DNA of 48,056 nucleotides, taken from contig JBOGAI010000040.1 of NCBI GenBank assembly GCA_051655665.1, positions 1 through 48,056 of the forward strand, in the 5' to 3' direction. The stretch comes from Erysipelotrichaceae bacterium. Its GTDB lineage: Bacteria > Bacillota_I > Bacilli_A > Erysipelotrichales > Erysipelotrichaceae. Below the pieces are notes generated by a model, which did no database searches, was not told the DNA's origin, and saw only the letters and a list, made by a program, of their open reading frames with translations. A program made the position numbers and the translations under genes. Shown here piece after piece: positions 1 through 8,733 of this stretch (positions within the stretch are counted from its first letter, which is position 1; each line of letters opens with the position of its first letter).

Positions 1-1
1 C

Positions 2-814
2 ATACAGGTGTACCGACAGCTCTCCATCGGCAGCGCTAAGGTCACTTTTGAAGAACAAGAGGGGATACCACACCATTTGATTGACATCTTGTCATATGAA
101 GACGGATACAGTGTTCGCGATTTTCAAAAGCGCGCCAGAGAGTGTATTGCCGACATCCACAGCCGCGGAAAATTGCCTATCGTGTGTGGGGGGACGGGGT
201 TGTACATCAAAGCCTTGCTGTACGATTACGTCTTTCATGACGAAGAAGTGGATGTAGCCTATCAAGAATACCTCACTTCACTCACGCCACAAGCACGCTA
301 TGCATTACTTCAAGAGCGAGATCCAGCAAGTGCTGCAACCATTCATCCCAATAACCAACAACGGGTGGTGCGCGCGCTGATGGCGGAAAACGCAGGAAAA
401 CGCAAAAGCGATACCATCGCCCAACAAGAAGGAATCCTACTCTATGATGCGTATATCGTGGGGTTAACAATGGAAAGGGCAGCCTTGTATGAGCGCATCA
501 ACCACCGTGTTCAACTCATGTTTGAACACGGTCTTGTACAAGAAGTTGAAGGACTGTTACGCGTTGAGAATCCCTTTGCTTTGCAAAGTATGCAAGGCAT
601 TGGCTATAAAGAATTTAGGGAATATTATGAACACCGCGCTACAGTAGAAGAGGTGGCGATGGCGATTGCGAAGCATTCGCGCCAATTCGCCAAGCGCCAG
701 TACACATGGTTTCGGAATCAAATGGAGGTCCATTGGTATGATGTCCAAGATCCTTCTTTTGGTTTGCAATTGGACCAAGCGGTAGCAGAATGGAGTAAAC
801 ATTATGAAAAATGA
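2..814 (+). CDS. miaA: tRNA dimethylallyltransferase MiaA (5' end outside window)
   Basis: The frame is open to the window edge. QVYRQLSIGSAKVT, GIPHHLIDIL and GKLPIVCGGTGLYIKALL match the MiaA core. The N-terminal P-loop is missing because of truncation. Confidence 0.9.
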   Translation: MQVYRQLSIGSAKVTFEEQEGIPHHLIDILSYEDGYSVRDFQKRARECIADIHSRGKLPIVCGGTGLYIKALLYDYVFHDEEVDVAYQEYLTSLTPQARYALLQERDPASAATIHPNNQQRVVRALMAENAGKRKSDTIAQQEGILLYDAYIVGLTMERAALYERINHRVQLMFEHGLVQEVEGLLRVENPFALQSMQGIGYKEFREYYEHRATVEEVAMAIAKHSRQFAKRQYTWFRNQMEVHWYDVQDPSFGLQLDQAVAEWSKHYEK

Positions 815-1532
815 AGCACTTGAACGAATTGAACTGTTGATTGGTCAGCAGGGCATTGATATTTTAGCACAAAGCAGTGTGCTGGTTTTGGGATGTGGAG
901 GGGTTGGAAGTTATGCCATCGAGTCGTTGGCTCGCTGTGGTGTTGGTACGCTGATTTTGGTGGATGCCGATACGGTTGCCGTTTCCAACTTAAATCGACA
1001 AATCCCCGCTACCTATGCCACCATCGGTCAGTTGAAAACCGAAGCGATGAAAGAACGTATTCTAAGTTATGCCCCGCAATGTAACGTTATCTGCATCAAC
1101 TCGTTTTACGATGCGAGCAAAAATGAACTGATTTTTGCGCATCAAATCGACTATGTCATCGATGCCATCGATACGCTTTCGAGTAAAGTAGATGTCATCG
1201 CCTATTGCAAACGTAACAAAATCCCGTTTATTTCCAGCATGGGAATGGCCAATCGTTGGGATGTAACCCGTGTGCAAATTGTGGATTTGTCGAAAACATT
1301 CAATGATCCATTGTCGAAGGTCATGCGGCGTATGGTCAAAGAGCGCGGGATCAAGGGTAAAATTCCAGTGTTATTTTCCGATGAGTTGCCATTCAAACAA
1401 CACATCATCGTCAATGAGAACGGAATAACACGCAAAATGCAACAACCACCAGCATCCACTCCTTTTGTTCCAGCCGCAGCCGGATTGGCAGCCGCTTCGC
1501 TTGCGGTAAGAACCTTATTAGCTAAAAAATAG
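804..1532 (+). CDS. tcdA: ThiF/E1-like tRNA threonylcarbamoyladenosine dehydratase (TcdA/CsdL family)
   Basis: Rossmann motif GCGGVGSYA followed by LILVDADTVAVSNLNRQ. About 240 aa with a hydrophobic C-terminal tail. GGAG RBS; 11-nt overlap with miaA. Confidence 0.8.
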   Translation: MKNEALERIELLIGQQGIDILAQSSVLVLGCGGVGSYAIESLARCGVGTLILVDADTVAVSNLNRQIPATYATIGQLKTEAMKERILSYAPQCNVICINSFYDASKNELIFAHQIDYVIDAIDTLSSKVDVIAYCKRNKIPFISSMGMANRWDVTRVQIVDLSKTFNDPLSKVMRRMVKERGIKGKIPVLFSDELPFKQHIIVNENGITRKMQQPPASTPFVPAAAGLAAASLAVRTLLAKK

Positions 1533-1538
1533 GGAATG

Positions 1539-1547
1539 TGGTAAAAT
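1539..1547 (+). promoter_or_regulatory. Extended -10 element TGgTAAAAT upstream of nfeD
   Basis: TGnTAAAAT lies 27 nt upstream of the nfeD ATG. The same TGGTAAAAT string recurs upstream of ctp and rapZ. Confidence 0.4.
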
Positions 1548-1573
1548 ATGGATAGAAAGGCGGTACATGCAAT

Positions 1574-1993
1574 ATGGATACGTATCTTCTTTGGTTAGTG
1601 TTGTTTGTTCTTTTGGTGGTAATTGAAGTCATTACCAGCCAATTGACTACAATTTGGTTTGCCATTGGTGCTCTTGTGGCACTGTTTGGTGCATTGTTTG
1701 GTATGGATTTTTACGCACAGCTTTTGCTTTTTGTGGTCGTGGGTTTTCTTGCATTTCTCGCCACCAAACCGCTCAAGAAAAAGTTGATGCACAAGGAACG
1801 CTTTCCCACAAACGCCGACATGTTGCTTGGACAAACGGTAATTGCGTTGGAAGACTTCAATGATCTCACCCATGAAGGGCGCGTCCAAGCGGGTGCGATG
1901 GATTGGTTGGCACATTGCGAGCAACCGGTTGTCAAAGGGGATCGCTTGGTCGTCAAGCGCATTGAGGGTGCCAAATTGATTGTTACTTTATAA
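1574..1993 (+). CDS. NfeD-family membrane protein (short YbbJ-like form)
   Basis: Three N-terminal TM helices plus a C-terminal OB-like domain (GRVQAGAMDWLAHCEQPVVKGDRLVVKRIEGAKLIV). Sits immediately upstream of an SPFH gene, which is the canonical pairing. Confidence 0.8.
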   Translation: MDTYLLWLVLFVLLVVIEVITSQLTTIWFAIGALVALFGALFGMDFYAQLLLFVVVGFLAFLATKPLKKKLMHKERFPTNADMLLGQTVIALEDFNDLTHEGRVQAGAMDWLAHCEQPVVKGDRLVVKRIEGAKLIVTL

Positions 1994-2015
1994 AAGGAAA
2001 GAGAGGACGTAAAGC

Positions 2016-2915
2016 ATGGAAGGAGCAGTACAGTTATTAGGAGGCTTATTTATATTCTTATTTATTTTGGTTCTATTGGTGTACCATGTTCGCATCGTAA
2101 ACCAATCCCAAACATTCGTAGTGGAACGCATTGGGGCGTATCATGCAACGTGGGAAACCGGTTTGCATTTCTTGATTCCATTCATTGATCGCATTGCGAA
2201 AAAAATCTCGATGAAAGAACAGGTCGTGGATTTCCCTCCACAACCCGTCATTACCAAAGACAATGTTACCATGCAAATTGATACGGTCGTCTATTTTCAA
2301 GTTACCGACTCTAAGTTGTACACCTATGGTGTCAACAGCCCTATGATGGCAGTCGAAAACTTGACGGCTACCACTTTGCGTAACATCATCGGAGATTTGG
2401 ATTTGGACAGTACGCTAACATCACGCGACATCATCAATACCCAAATGCGTTCCATTTTGGATGAAGCTACCGACAAATGGGGGATTAAAGTCAACCGTGT
2501 TGAGGTGAAAAACATCCTGCCACCGCGTGAAATTCAAGATGCGATGGAACGCCAAATGAAAGCGGAACGCGAACGTCGTGAAGCCATCTTGCAAGCCGAA
2601 GGACGCAAACGCTCGGAAATCTTGGTTGCCGAAGGGGAAAAAGAGGCAGCGATTTTGCGTGCGGAAGCCGTGAAAGAGAAAAAAATCAAGGAAGCGCAAG
2701 GGGAAGCAGAAGCCATTGAGTTGGTTCAACGCGCCTATGCCAATTCCTTAACCATGTTGTCAGACGCAACCACAAGCGACAAAGTCATCCAATTAAAAGG
2801 ATTGGAAGCCTTGGCGAAAGTGGCGGATGGTCAAGCGACCAAAATCATCATTCCAAGCGAAATTCAAAACATCGCTTCGTTACTGGCAGCGGGAAACGAA
2901 GTACTAAAGGGGTAA
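2016..2915 (+). CDS. SPFH/Band 7 (stomatin-like) protein
   Basis: N-terminal TM helix; IVNQSQTFVVERIGAYH, TKDNVTMQIDTVVYFQV, WGIKVNRVEVKNI; Glu/Ala/Lys-rich coiled coil at the C-terminal side. Confidence 0.9.
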   Translation: MEGAVQLLGGLFIFLFILVLLVYHVRIVNQSQTFVVERIGAYHATWETGLHFLIPFIDRIAKKISMKEQVVDFPPQPVITKDNVTMQIDTVVYFQVTDSKLYTYGVNSPMMAVENLTATTLRNIIGDLDLDSTLTSRDIINTQMRSILDEATDKWGIKVNRVEVKNILPPREIQDAMERQMKAERERREAILQAEGRKRSEILVAEGEKEAAILRAEAVKEKKIKEAQGEAEAIELVQRAYANSLTMLSDATTSDKVIQLKGLEALAKVADGQATKIIIPSEIQNIASLLAAGNEVLKG

Positions 2916-2919
2916 GCAG

Positions 2920-3417
2920 ATGAAAGAAATCGTAGTAGCAGGAGGATGCTTTTGGGGCGTTGAGGAGTATTATCGCCGTCTTGCGGGGACACTTGAGACC
3001 AAAGTAGGTTATGCGCAAGGACATCTAAATCAACCTACGTACGAACAAGTTTGTGACCACACCACTGGCCATGCCGAAGTGGTATGGATACGCTATGAAG
3101 CCCCTTTGACCTTGGAAAAAATATTGGATCACTTGTTTCGTATCATTGATCCAACTGCATTGAATCGACAAGGACATGACATTGGAGAACAATACCGTAC
3201 CGGAGTATACTTTGTAGACGATGCCGACCAAGCCATCATCCAAGCATTCATTGCGGATCGCCAAAAAGACTACGCGAAAGCGATTGTGGTAGAAGTGGAT
3301 CACCTGCATACCTTTTGGGATGCGGAAACCTACCACCAAAAGTATTTGGTGAAAAATCCATCTGGTTATTGTCATGTTGACTTTCGAAAAATCAAACCAG
3401 AAGAATTGAAAAAATAA
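2920..3417 (+). CDS. msrA: Peptide-methionine (S)-S-oxide reductase MsrA
   Basis: Active-site motif GGCFWGVE, plus HAEVV and YHQKYL motifs. 165 aa. Confidence 0.95.
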   Translation: MKEIVVAGGCFWGVEEYYRRLAGTLETKVGYAQGHLNQPTYEQVCDHTTGHAEVVWIRYEAPLTLEKILDHLFRIIDPTALNRQGHDIGEQYRTGVYFVDDADQAIIQAFIADRQKDYAKAIVVEVDHLHTFWDAETYHQKYLVKNPSGYCHVDFRKIKPEELKK

Positions 3418-3420
3418 AAA

Positions 3421-3444
3421 AGATTGCAACCGCAATCTTTTTTT
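3421..3444 (+). terminator. Rho-independent terminator after msrA
   Basis: AGATTGC-aacc-GCAATCT followed by a T run. Confidence 0.8.
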
Positions 3445-3500
3445 CTATGTTAAAGCGCGAAAAATGCGTATAATAAGGGTAAGGAAGTTGAGGTTGAGTT

Positions 3501-4133
3501 ATGAAAAAAGGCGTTTTTATCACATTTGAAGGCAACGATGGAAGTGGGAAAACCACGATATCCAAAAAAGTGTACGAACAATTGCTAGCCGAAGGCTACG
3601 ATGTCGTATATACCCGTGAACCAGGTGGCATCGCCATTGCTGAACAAATTCGTGAGGTCATCTTAAACCCAACCAACATCGCGATGGACGCTCGTTGCGA
3701 AGCGTTGTTGTATGCGGCATCCCGTCGCCAGCATTTGGTAGAAAAAGTGATTCCTGCCCTACAGGCTGGCAAAGTCGTGCTGTGTGATCGTTACATCGAT
3801 TCCTCCCTTGCCTACCAAGGAGTGGGAAGAGGTTTGGGGTTTGACGATGTATTCGAAATGAACCGTTTTGCCATCGAATCCTATCTTCCAGACAAAACCA
3901 TTTTCTTGCAGCTCGATCCTCGCATTGGCTTGCAACGCATCGCGTCGCGCCAACACAAAGATCGTCTGGATATGGAAAGCGAACAATTTCATTTGCGCGT
4001 TGCGCAAGGCTATGACTTGGTGTTGCAACGGTTTGCGTCTCGCATGATTGTTGTGGATGCCAATCAAAACGTTGAAGCGGTGTTTAGCGAAAGCATGATG
4101 CAAGTTCATGCCATTTTGGGACATGTTGAGTAA
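3501..4133 (+). CDS. tmk: Thymidylate kinase
   Basis: P-loop FEGNDGSGKTT, TREPGG, DRYIDSSLAYQG. Confidence 0.95.
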   Translation: MKKGVFITFEGNDGSGKTTISKKVYEQLLAEGYDVVYTREPGGIAIAEQIREVILNPTNIAMDARCEALLYAASRRQHLVEKVIPALQAGKVVLCDRYIDSSLAYQGVGRGLGFDDVFEMNRFAIESYLPDKTIFLQLDPRIGLQRIASRQHKDRLDMESEQFHLRVAQGYDLVLQRFASRMIVVDANQNVEAVFSESMMQVHAILGHVE

Positions 4134-5094
4134 TCTAGCACAACACCAAAAGGTGGCCTATCGCGTTTTGACCAATGCGATCCAAAACCAGCAGCTTTCA
4201 CATGCCTACCTTTTTGTGGGGGAACGAGGAACATACAAGAAAGAAATGGCGCTGTTCTTAGCCCAATCACTGGTTTGTGAGCAAGATGTTCTTGCTTGTG
4301 GAACTTGTGAAAGTTGCCGTAGAATTGCATCGATGCAGTACGCTGATCTGTTGTACTACGATGGGGCTTTGCAATCAATCAAAAAAGACGACATACTACA
4401 TATTCGCTCACAGTTTTCCAAGACACCACTAGAAGCGCGCGGCAAAAAGATTTTCATCTTGAATCGAGTAGAAAATACAACGGCCGAAGCATTGAATAGC
4501 TTGTTGAAGTTTTTGGAAGAACCGACCAATGACGTCACCGCCATTTTGCTTGTGGAGTCCATGGACAAATTGTTGCCGACCATCGTTTCACGTTGCCAAG
4601 TAATCAAGTTTCAAAAGGGGGAACAGCAAGCCCTTTTCGAACGAGCGAAGGCAAACACAATCGATGAATTGGATGCGTTTTTGTTGAGCCATCAGGTCAA
4701 TTCCATAGAACAAATCCTTGAATTGCAGGAAAGTGACGCAGTCCAAACGGCGCGGACCTTGTTTACACAAAGTGTGCCGTGGTTGCGCAAAGACCCGTAT
4801 CAAGCCTTATACATCTTGCAAAGTGAAGGGTTTTCCAAGAAAAAACAAAACGATCAAATGGTTATGACGTATTACTTGGGCATGCTAAAGACCATTTTGA
4901 AATATGCTTCCGAGCAGAAAACTTCTGGCGTGGACGCCTTCGACCATCTGCTAGACAGTCTGCAACTTCGCTTTGATGAAGCGGTACGGTTACAAATTAT
5001 TGTATTACAAACCAAAGATCAAATTCGCCCTTCGGTGAACGTCGGGCTCTTAATGGATTCATTCATCTACCAAGTAAAGGAGGTGTTACAATGA
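4108..5094 (+). CDS. holB: DNA polymerase III delta-prime subunit
   Basis: SHAYLFVGERG, a CGTCESCRRI zinc module, and TTAEALNSLLKFLEEP (SRC/sensor region). Follows tmk as in Bacillus. The start could be ATG 4123 instead of 4108. Confidence 0.85.
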   Translation: MPFWDMLSNLAQHQKVAYRVLTNAIQNQQLSHAYLFVGERGTYKKEMALFLAQSLVCEQDVLACGTCESCRRIASMQYADLLYYDGALQSIKKDDILHIRSQFSKTPLEARGKKIFILNRVENTTAEALNSLLKFLEEPTNDVTAILLVESMDKLLPTIVSRCQVIKFQKGEQQALFERAKANTIDELDAFLLSHQVNSIEQILELQESDAVQTARTLFTQSVPWLRKDPYQALYILQSEGFSKKKQNDQMVMTYYLGMLKTILKYASEQKTSGVDAFDHLLDSLQLRFDEAVRLQIIVLQTKDQIRPSVNVGLLMDSFIYQVKEVLQ

Positions 5095-5912
5095 GTGAAA
5101 ATACACAGTATTCGCAATTGGCGTTTGTAACGTTTAAAGATACGAAAAAGATTTACCATTTTGGAACCAACGATTCAAATCTAAAAGTTGGAGACGCCGT
5201 GGTGGTGGAAACCATTCGTGGTACCGAGGTGGGCACGATTGCCAAAGAGAGTGAGGCATTTCTTGTGCACAATCCCAATATGGAAATCAAACCCGTTTTG
5301 CGTGTAGCGAGCAAAGAAGATTTGGAACGCTATGCACAAAACAAAGAGTTGGCAAAGGATGCCATCGTAAAATGTGCTGCATTGATTGAAAAATTGCAGC
5401 TCGACATGAAGCTTATCGATTGTGAATTCACACTGGATCGTTCCAAAATCATTTTTGTATATGTAGCAGACGAGCGCGTGGATTTCCGTGAATTGCTTAA
5501 AGAATTGGCAGCGGTCTTTAAATGCCGTGTCGAACTCAAACAAATTGGCCCTCGTAATAAAGCCAAAATTGTGGGGGGGCTGGGTGTGTGCGGTATGGAA
5601 ACGTGCTGCTCGCGTTTTCTCAACGATTTCGACATCGTCTCGATCAATATGGCAAAAAATCAATATTTGGCCTTGAACATTCAAAAACTGAGTGGGCAGT
5701 GCGGGAAGTTGATGTGTTGCTTGAAATACGAAGACCAGCAGTACAAAGAACAAAAAAACAGCATCCCGAAACTGAATTCACAATTGGAATACAAAGGCAG
5801 CCGTTATCGCTTGACCGGTGTGAACATTCTTTTGAAACAAGCAAAAATTGAAAATCGCGAAAATATCCTCTTTTTAGACTTTAAAGAATTATTTCCAGAC
5901 TATCAAGATTAG
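5091..5912 (+). CDS. ricT: PSP1-domain protein RicT/YaaT
   Basis: PSP1 C-terminal domain with Cys clusters GVCGMETCCSRFL and CGKLMCCLKYE. ATGA overlap with holB. Confidence 0.85.
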   Translation: MSENTQYSQLAFVTFKDTKKIYHFGTNDSNLKVGDAVVVETIRGTEVGTIAKESEAFLVHNPNMEIKPVLRVASKEDLERYAQNKELAKDAIVKCAALIEKLQLDMKLIDCEFTLDRSKIIFVYVADERVDFRELLKELAAVFKCRVELKQIGPRNKAKIVGGLGVCGMETCCSRFLNDFDIVSINMAKNQYLALNIQKLSGQCGKLMCCLKYEDQQYKEQKNSIPKLNSQLEYKGSRYRLTGVNILLKQAKIENRENILFLDFKELFPDYQD

Positions 5913-5922
5913 GAGGGAAACT

Positions 5923-6768
5923 ATGCAACGACAAAAAAGTTTTGACGAACAGCATCCGACCTTGTATTTAGTGGCGACCCCCATTGGCAACTTGGAAGAA
6001 ATGACCCCACGGGCCATTCATGTCTTGCAAAGTGTGGACATCATTGCGGCTGAAGATACGCGCAATTCCATGAAGCTGATGCGCCATTTCGGCATTTCAA
6101 CCAAATTAATTGCACATCATGCACATAACGAGAGGGAAAGTGCCAAGGGCATTTTGGCCTTGTTGCAACAAGGCAAATCTGTTGCGCTCATTTCCGATGC
6201 AGGGTACCCATTGGTATCCGATCCAGGGCAGGCCTTGGTCCGCATGGTGGTAGAAGCGGGATTTCATGCAGTGCCCATTTCGGGAAGCAATGCTATGTTA
6301 AATGCGCTGGTTGCTTCGGGTATCACCCCACAACCGTTTGTGTTCTACGGCTTTTTGGGACATTCCGAACGAGAGCGTATCAAACAGTTGACCCATGTAA
6401 AATATTATCCGGAAACTCTTATTTTCTACGAATCTCCCCACCGCATTAAAAAAATGCTCACCAACGTGTTAACGGTGTTAGGGGATCGTCAAGTGTGTAT
6501 TGCGCGCGAGTTGACCAAGCGTCATGAAGAATTCATTCGTGGCAACGTAAGTGAACTCATTGACATTGCAGATGAACTTAAAGGAGAAATGGTCGTCATC
6601 GTCGAAGGGTCGAGCGAAGAACGCGAAAGCGACATCGTTTTGCCATTGATTACCGATCAAATCCAAAACTATATTAACGAAGGACTATCTACCAACGAAG
6701 CCATTAAACGGGTAGCCAAGGAACGCAACGTCTCTAAAAACGAAATCTATAAGAAATATCACAGTTAA
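5923..6768 (+). CDS. rsmI: 16S rRNA (cytidine1402-2'-O)-methyltransferase RsmI
   Basis: LYLVATPIGNLEEMTPRA, AEDTRNS, SDAGYPLVSDPG, YESPHR. Confidence 0.95.
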   Translation: MQRQKSFDEQHPTLYLVATPIGNLEEMTPRAIHVLQSVDIIAAEDTRNSMKLMRHFGISTKLIAHHAHNERESAKGILALLQQGKSVALISDAGYPLVSDPGQALVRMVVEAGFHAVPISGSNAMLNALVASGITPQPFVFYGFLGHSERERIKQLTHVKYYPETLIFYESPHRIKKMLTNVLTVLGDRQVCIARELTKRHEEFIRGNVSELIDIADELKGEMVVIVEGSSEERESDIVLPLITDQIQNYINEGLSTNEAIKRVAKERNVSKNEIYKKYHS

Positions 6769-6790
6769 GGAAGCGATCGCTTCCTTTTTT
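6769..6790 (+). terminator. Rho-independent terminator after rsmI
   Basis: GGAAGC-gatc-GCTTCC followed by T6. Confidence 0.8.
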
Positions 6791-6810
6791 CATTTTTATG
6801 GGGGTAAGAA

Positions 6811-6838
6811 TTGATAACTTTCTTAGAATTGGTATCCT
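6811..6838 (+). promoter_or_regulatory. Putative sigma-A promoter of the beta-CASP gene (TTGATA-N16-TATCCT)
   Basis: -35-like TTGATA at 6811-6816 and -10-like TATCCT at 6833-6838. The spacer contains TCTTAGAATT. Confidence 0.45.
6820..6830. promoter_or_regulatory. Operator-like motif TTCTTAGAATT (shared with the fur-family promoter)
   Basis: The 10-mer TCTTAGAATT is identical to 8254-8263. The half-site TTCTTAG is paired with GTAAGAA at 6804-6810. Confidence 0.4.
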
Positions 6839-6865
6839 AAATAGAGTATAGAGGAGGAGTCAGAT

Positions 6866-8236
6866 ATGCAAGTGACGTTTTATGGCGCTGCACAAGAAGT
6901 AACCGGCAGCTGTTATTTGTTGGAAACGCAAGATTTACGCATTTTGGTGGACTGTGGATTGTTTCAAGGGCATCAAGAAAACCTGGATAATACGCTTCAT
7001 TTCGATCCTACGACGCTGGATGTGGTCATCGTGACCCATGCCCACATCGACCATTGCGGAAGATTGCCACTGCTCATCAAACAAGGCTATCAAGGCCCCA
7101 TCTATGCCATCCGGCAGACGGCGAAATTGATGGAAATCATGTTGCGTGATGCAGCGAATATTCAAGAGCGCAATGCGTTGGATTCATTGGAAGAAGCGCA
7201 ATACGTGGAGCCACTGTACACCATGGAAGAGGTGGAGCAGACCTTGCGTCAAGTCCACATTTGTGACTATCAAAAACCGTATCCGTATCGAAATGGACTG
7301 GTCTTTGATTTTAACGATGCAGGACACTTATTGGGATCGTCTTCCCTGCGTTTGCAAGTGAGTGAGGACGATAAAACCACAACGCTTGTCTTTTCGGGCG
7401 ACATTGGCAATCAAGATCAGCCCCTCATTCTCGACCCGATTCCGTTTACCCGTTGTGATGTGGTATTTGTGGAGTCGACTTATGCGGACCGCAATCACAG
7501 TGTATCCAAAGATCGCGTACAGGATTTGGCGACCATTTTCAATCATACGTTTCAGCGAGGAGGAGACGTCATTGTTCCATCCTTTGCAGTGGGGCGTACT
7601 CAGACTTTGTTGTTCTACATCAGAGAGATGAAACAGCGACATCTGGTACCTTATGACTTTGAAGTGTTTGTGGATTCCCCGATGGCAACCAGGGCGACCC
7701 AAGTATTCATGGAAGAACTCTATGAGGTGGCCGACGAAGAAACCAAAGCGCTCTATGCAGCCGATCAACAACCGATGTTGTTTAAAGGTCTGCAGTTTAC
7801 CGAGGATGTTCAGGCCTCTCGCGCCTTAAATTTCAATCCCAACCGCAAGGTCATCATTGCCTCGAGTGGAATGTGCGAAGCAGGACGCATCGTGCATCAC
7901 TTGAAAAATCGTTTGGGCAAAAAAGAAGATACCGTTTTGTTTGTTGGATATCAAGCCGAGGGAACCTTGGGACAACACTTATTGAGCCATCCGCAAGAAG
8001 TAACCATTTTAGATAAAAAAGTAAAAGTCAAAGCGGAAATTGTAGAGTACAAAGGAATGAGTGGACACGCCGATCAAAAGGGGCTGAATGCGTGGTTGAG
8101 CGCGTTTGATCCCAAACCCAATACGGTGTTTATCGTGCATGGAGAACGCGAAGTAAGCGCTCATTTTCAATCCCAGCTCACCCTAGATGGCTACAACGCC
8201 ATTTTACCCAATACCTTTCAAACCTATACTTTTTAA
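6866..8236 (+). CDS. MBL-fold metallo-hydrolase of the beta-CASP (CPSF73/RNase J-like) RNA/DNA-metabolising family
   Basis: VTGSCYLL, HxHxDH motif THAHIDHCG, ESTYADR, and late MSGHAD and VHGE motifs typical of beta-CASP enzymes. Confidence 0.85.
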   Translation: MQVTFYGAAQEVTGSCYLLETQDLRILVDCGLFQGHQENLDNTLHFDPTTLDVVIVTHAHIDHCGRLPLLIKQGYQGPIYAIRQTAKLMEIMLRDAANIQERNALDSLEEAQYVEPLYTMEEVEQTLRQVHICDYQKPYPYRNGLVFDFNDAGHLLGSSSLRLQVSEDDKTTTLVFSGDIGNQDQPLILDPIPFTRCDVVFVESTYADRNHSVSKDRVQDLATIFNHTFQRGGDVIVPSFAVGRTQTLLFYIREMKQRHLVPYDFEVFVDSPMATRATQVFMEELYEVADEETKALYAADQQPMLFKGLQFTEDVQASRALNFNPNRKVIIASSGMCEAGRIVHHLKNRLGKKEDTVLFVGYQAEGTLGQHLLSHPQEVTILDKKVKVKAEIVEYKGMSGHADQKGLNAWLSAFDPKPNTVFIVHGEREVSAHFQSQLTLDGYNAILPNTFQTYTF

Positions 8237-8246
8237 AAAAAAGGCA

Positions 8247-8275
8247 TTGACAATCTTAGAATTAATGGATATACT
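8247..8275 (+). promoter_or_regulatory. Sigma-A promoter of the Fur-family gene (TTGACA-N17-TATACT)
   Basis: Consensus -35, 17-nt spacer and near-consensus -10, located 31 nt upstream of the ATG. Confidence 0.75.
8254..8263. promoter_or_regulatory. Operator-like motif TCTTAGAATT in the promoter spacer
   Basis: Identical 10-mer to 6821-6830. Confidence 0.4.
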
Positions 8276-8290
8276 AAGAATTGTTCTTAG
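8274..8290. promoter_or_regulatory. Perfect 7-3-7 palindrome CTAAGAA-TTG-TTCTTAG over the -10/+1 region (candidate Fur/PerR-type box)
   Basis: Read directly from the sequence. It overlaps the end of the -10 hexamer, and its layout resembles the 7-1-7 Fur-family boxes. Confidence 0.5.
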
Positions 8291-8305
8291 TTAAGAGGTA
8301 TGTGA

Positions 8306-8707
8306 ATGAAGTATAAGCGCTCAAAACAACGTGATGAAATCGTAAGTTTTATCAATGAAAATCCAGGTCATTTCAGTGCCGATGAAATCTATCGTGGCCT
8401 GAAGAGTCAAGGTTCTTCGATTTCACTGGCTACTGTGTACCGTAACTTAGGTATATTGGAACACATGCAAGCCATCGATAAGATTTCGCACCCAACCAAT
8501 GGATATGTCTACGATAAAACGGCAATCAAACATCATCATCTCTATTGCAAAGCGTGCAATCGAATTCATGATGTAACCGTGGAGCATGAGGCTTTTGATC
8601 TTTCGCACGTACAACAAAAAAACGGAATACAAATCGATGCATTTTCCATCACCTTTTGGGGAACGTGTAAACAATGCATCAAATCAGGCGATCATCACAG
8701 CATGTGA
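8306..8707 (+). CDS. Fur-family transcriptional regulator (PerR-like by context)
   Basis: Winged helix (ISLATVYRNLGILEHMQ), a HHHLYC metal site, and two CxxC pairs (CKAC...CKQC). Sits directly upstream of rubrerythrin. Confidence 0.85.
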   Translation: MKYKRSKQRDEIVSFINENPGHFSADEIYRGLKSQGSSISLATVYRNLGILEHMQAIDKISHPTNGYVYDKTAIKHHHLYCKACNRIHDVTVEHEAFDLSHVQQKNGIQIDAFSITFWGTCKQCIKSGDHHSM

Positions 8708-8733
8708 TCAGCAAATAATCTAAGGAGGAAACT

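Noticed and set aside
4108-4133. The tmk/holB 26-nt overlap as a possible frameshift or fusion
   Set aside because: Both frames terminate or initiate normally. An internal ATG at 4123 overlapping the tmk stop (ATGTTGAGTAA) gives conventional translational coupling, and there is no evidence for recoding.
5181-5753. 190-aa ORF antisense to ricT. Similar 150-176-aa antisense ORFs lie at 18523-18990, 22043-22525, 22949-23464, 25540-26022, 29547-30077, 35387-35848, 40034-40498 and 45287-45754
   Set aside because: All of them are embedded opposite confidently identified genes. They lack translation signals and have low-complexity or biased composition, so I treat them as shadow ORFs.
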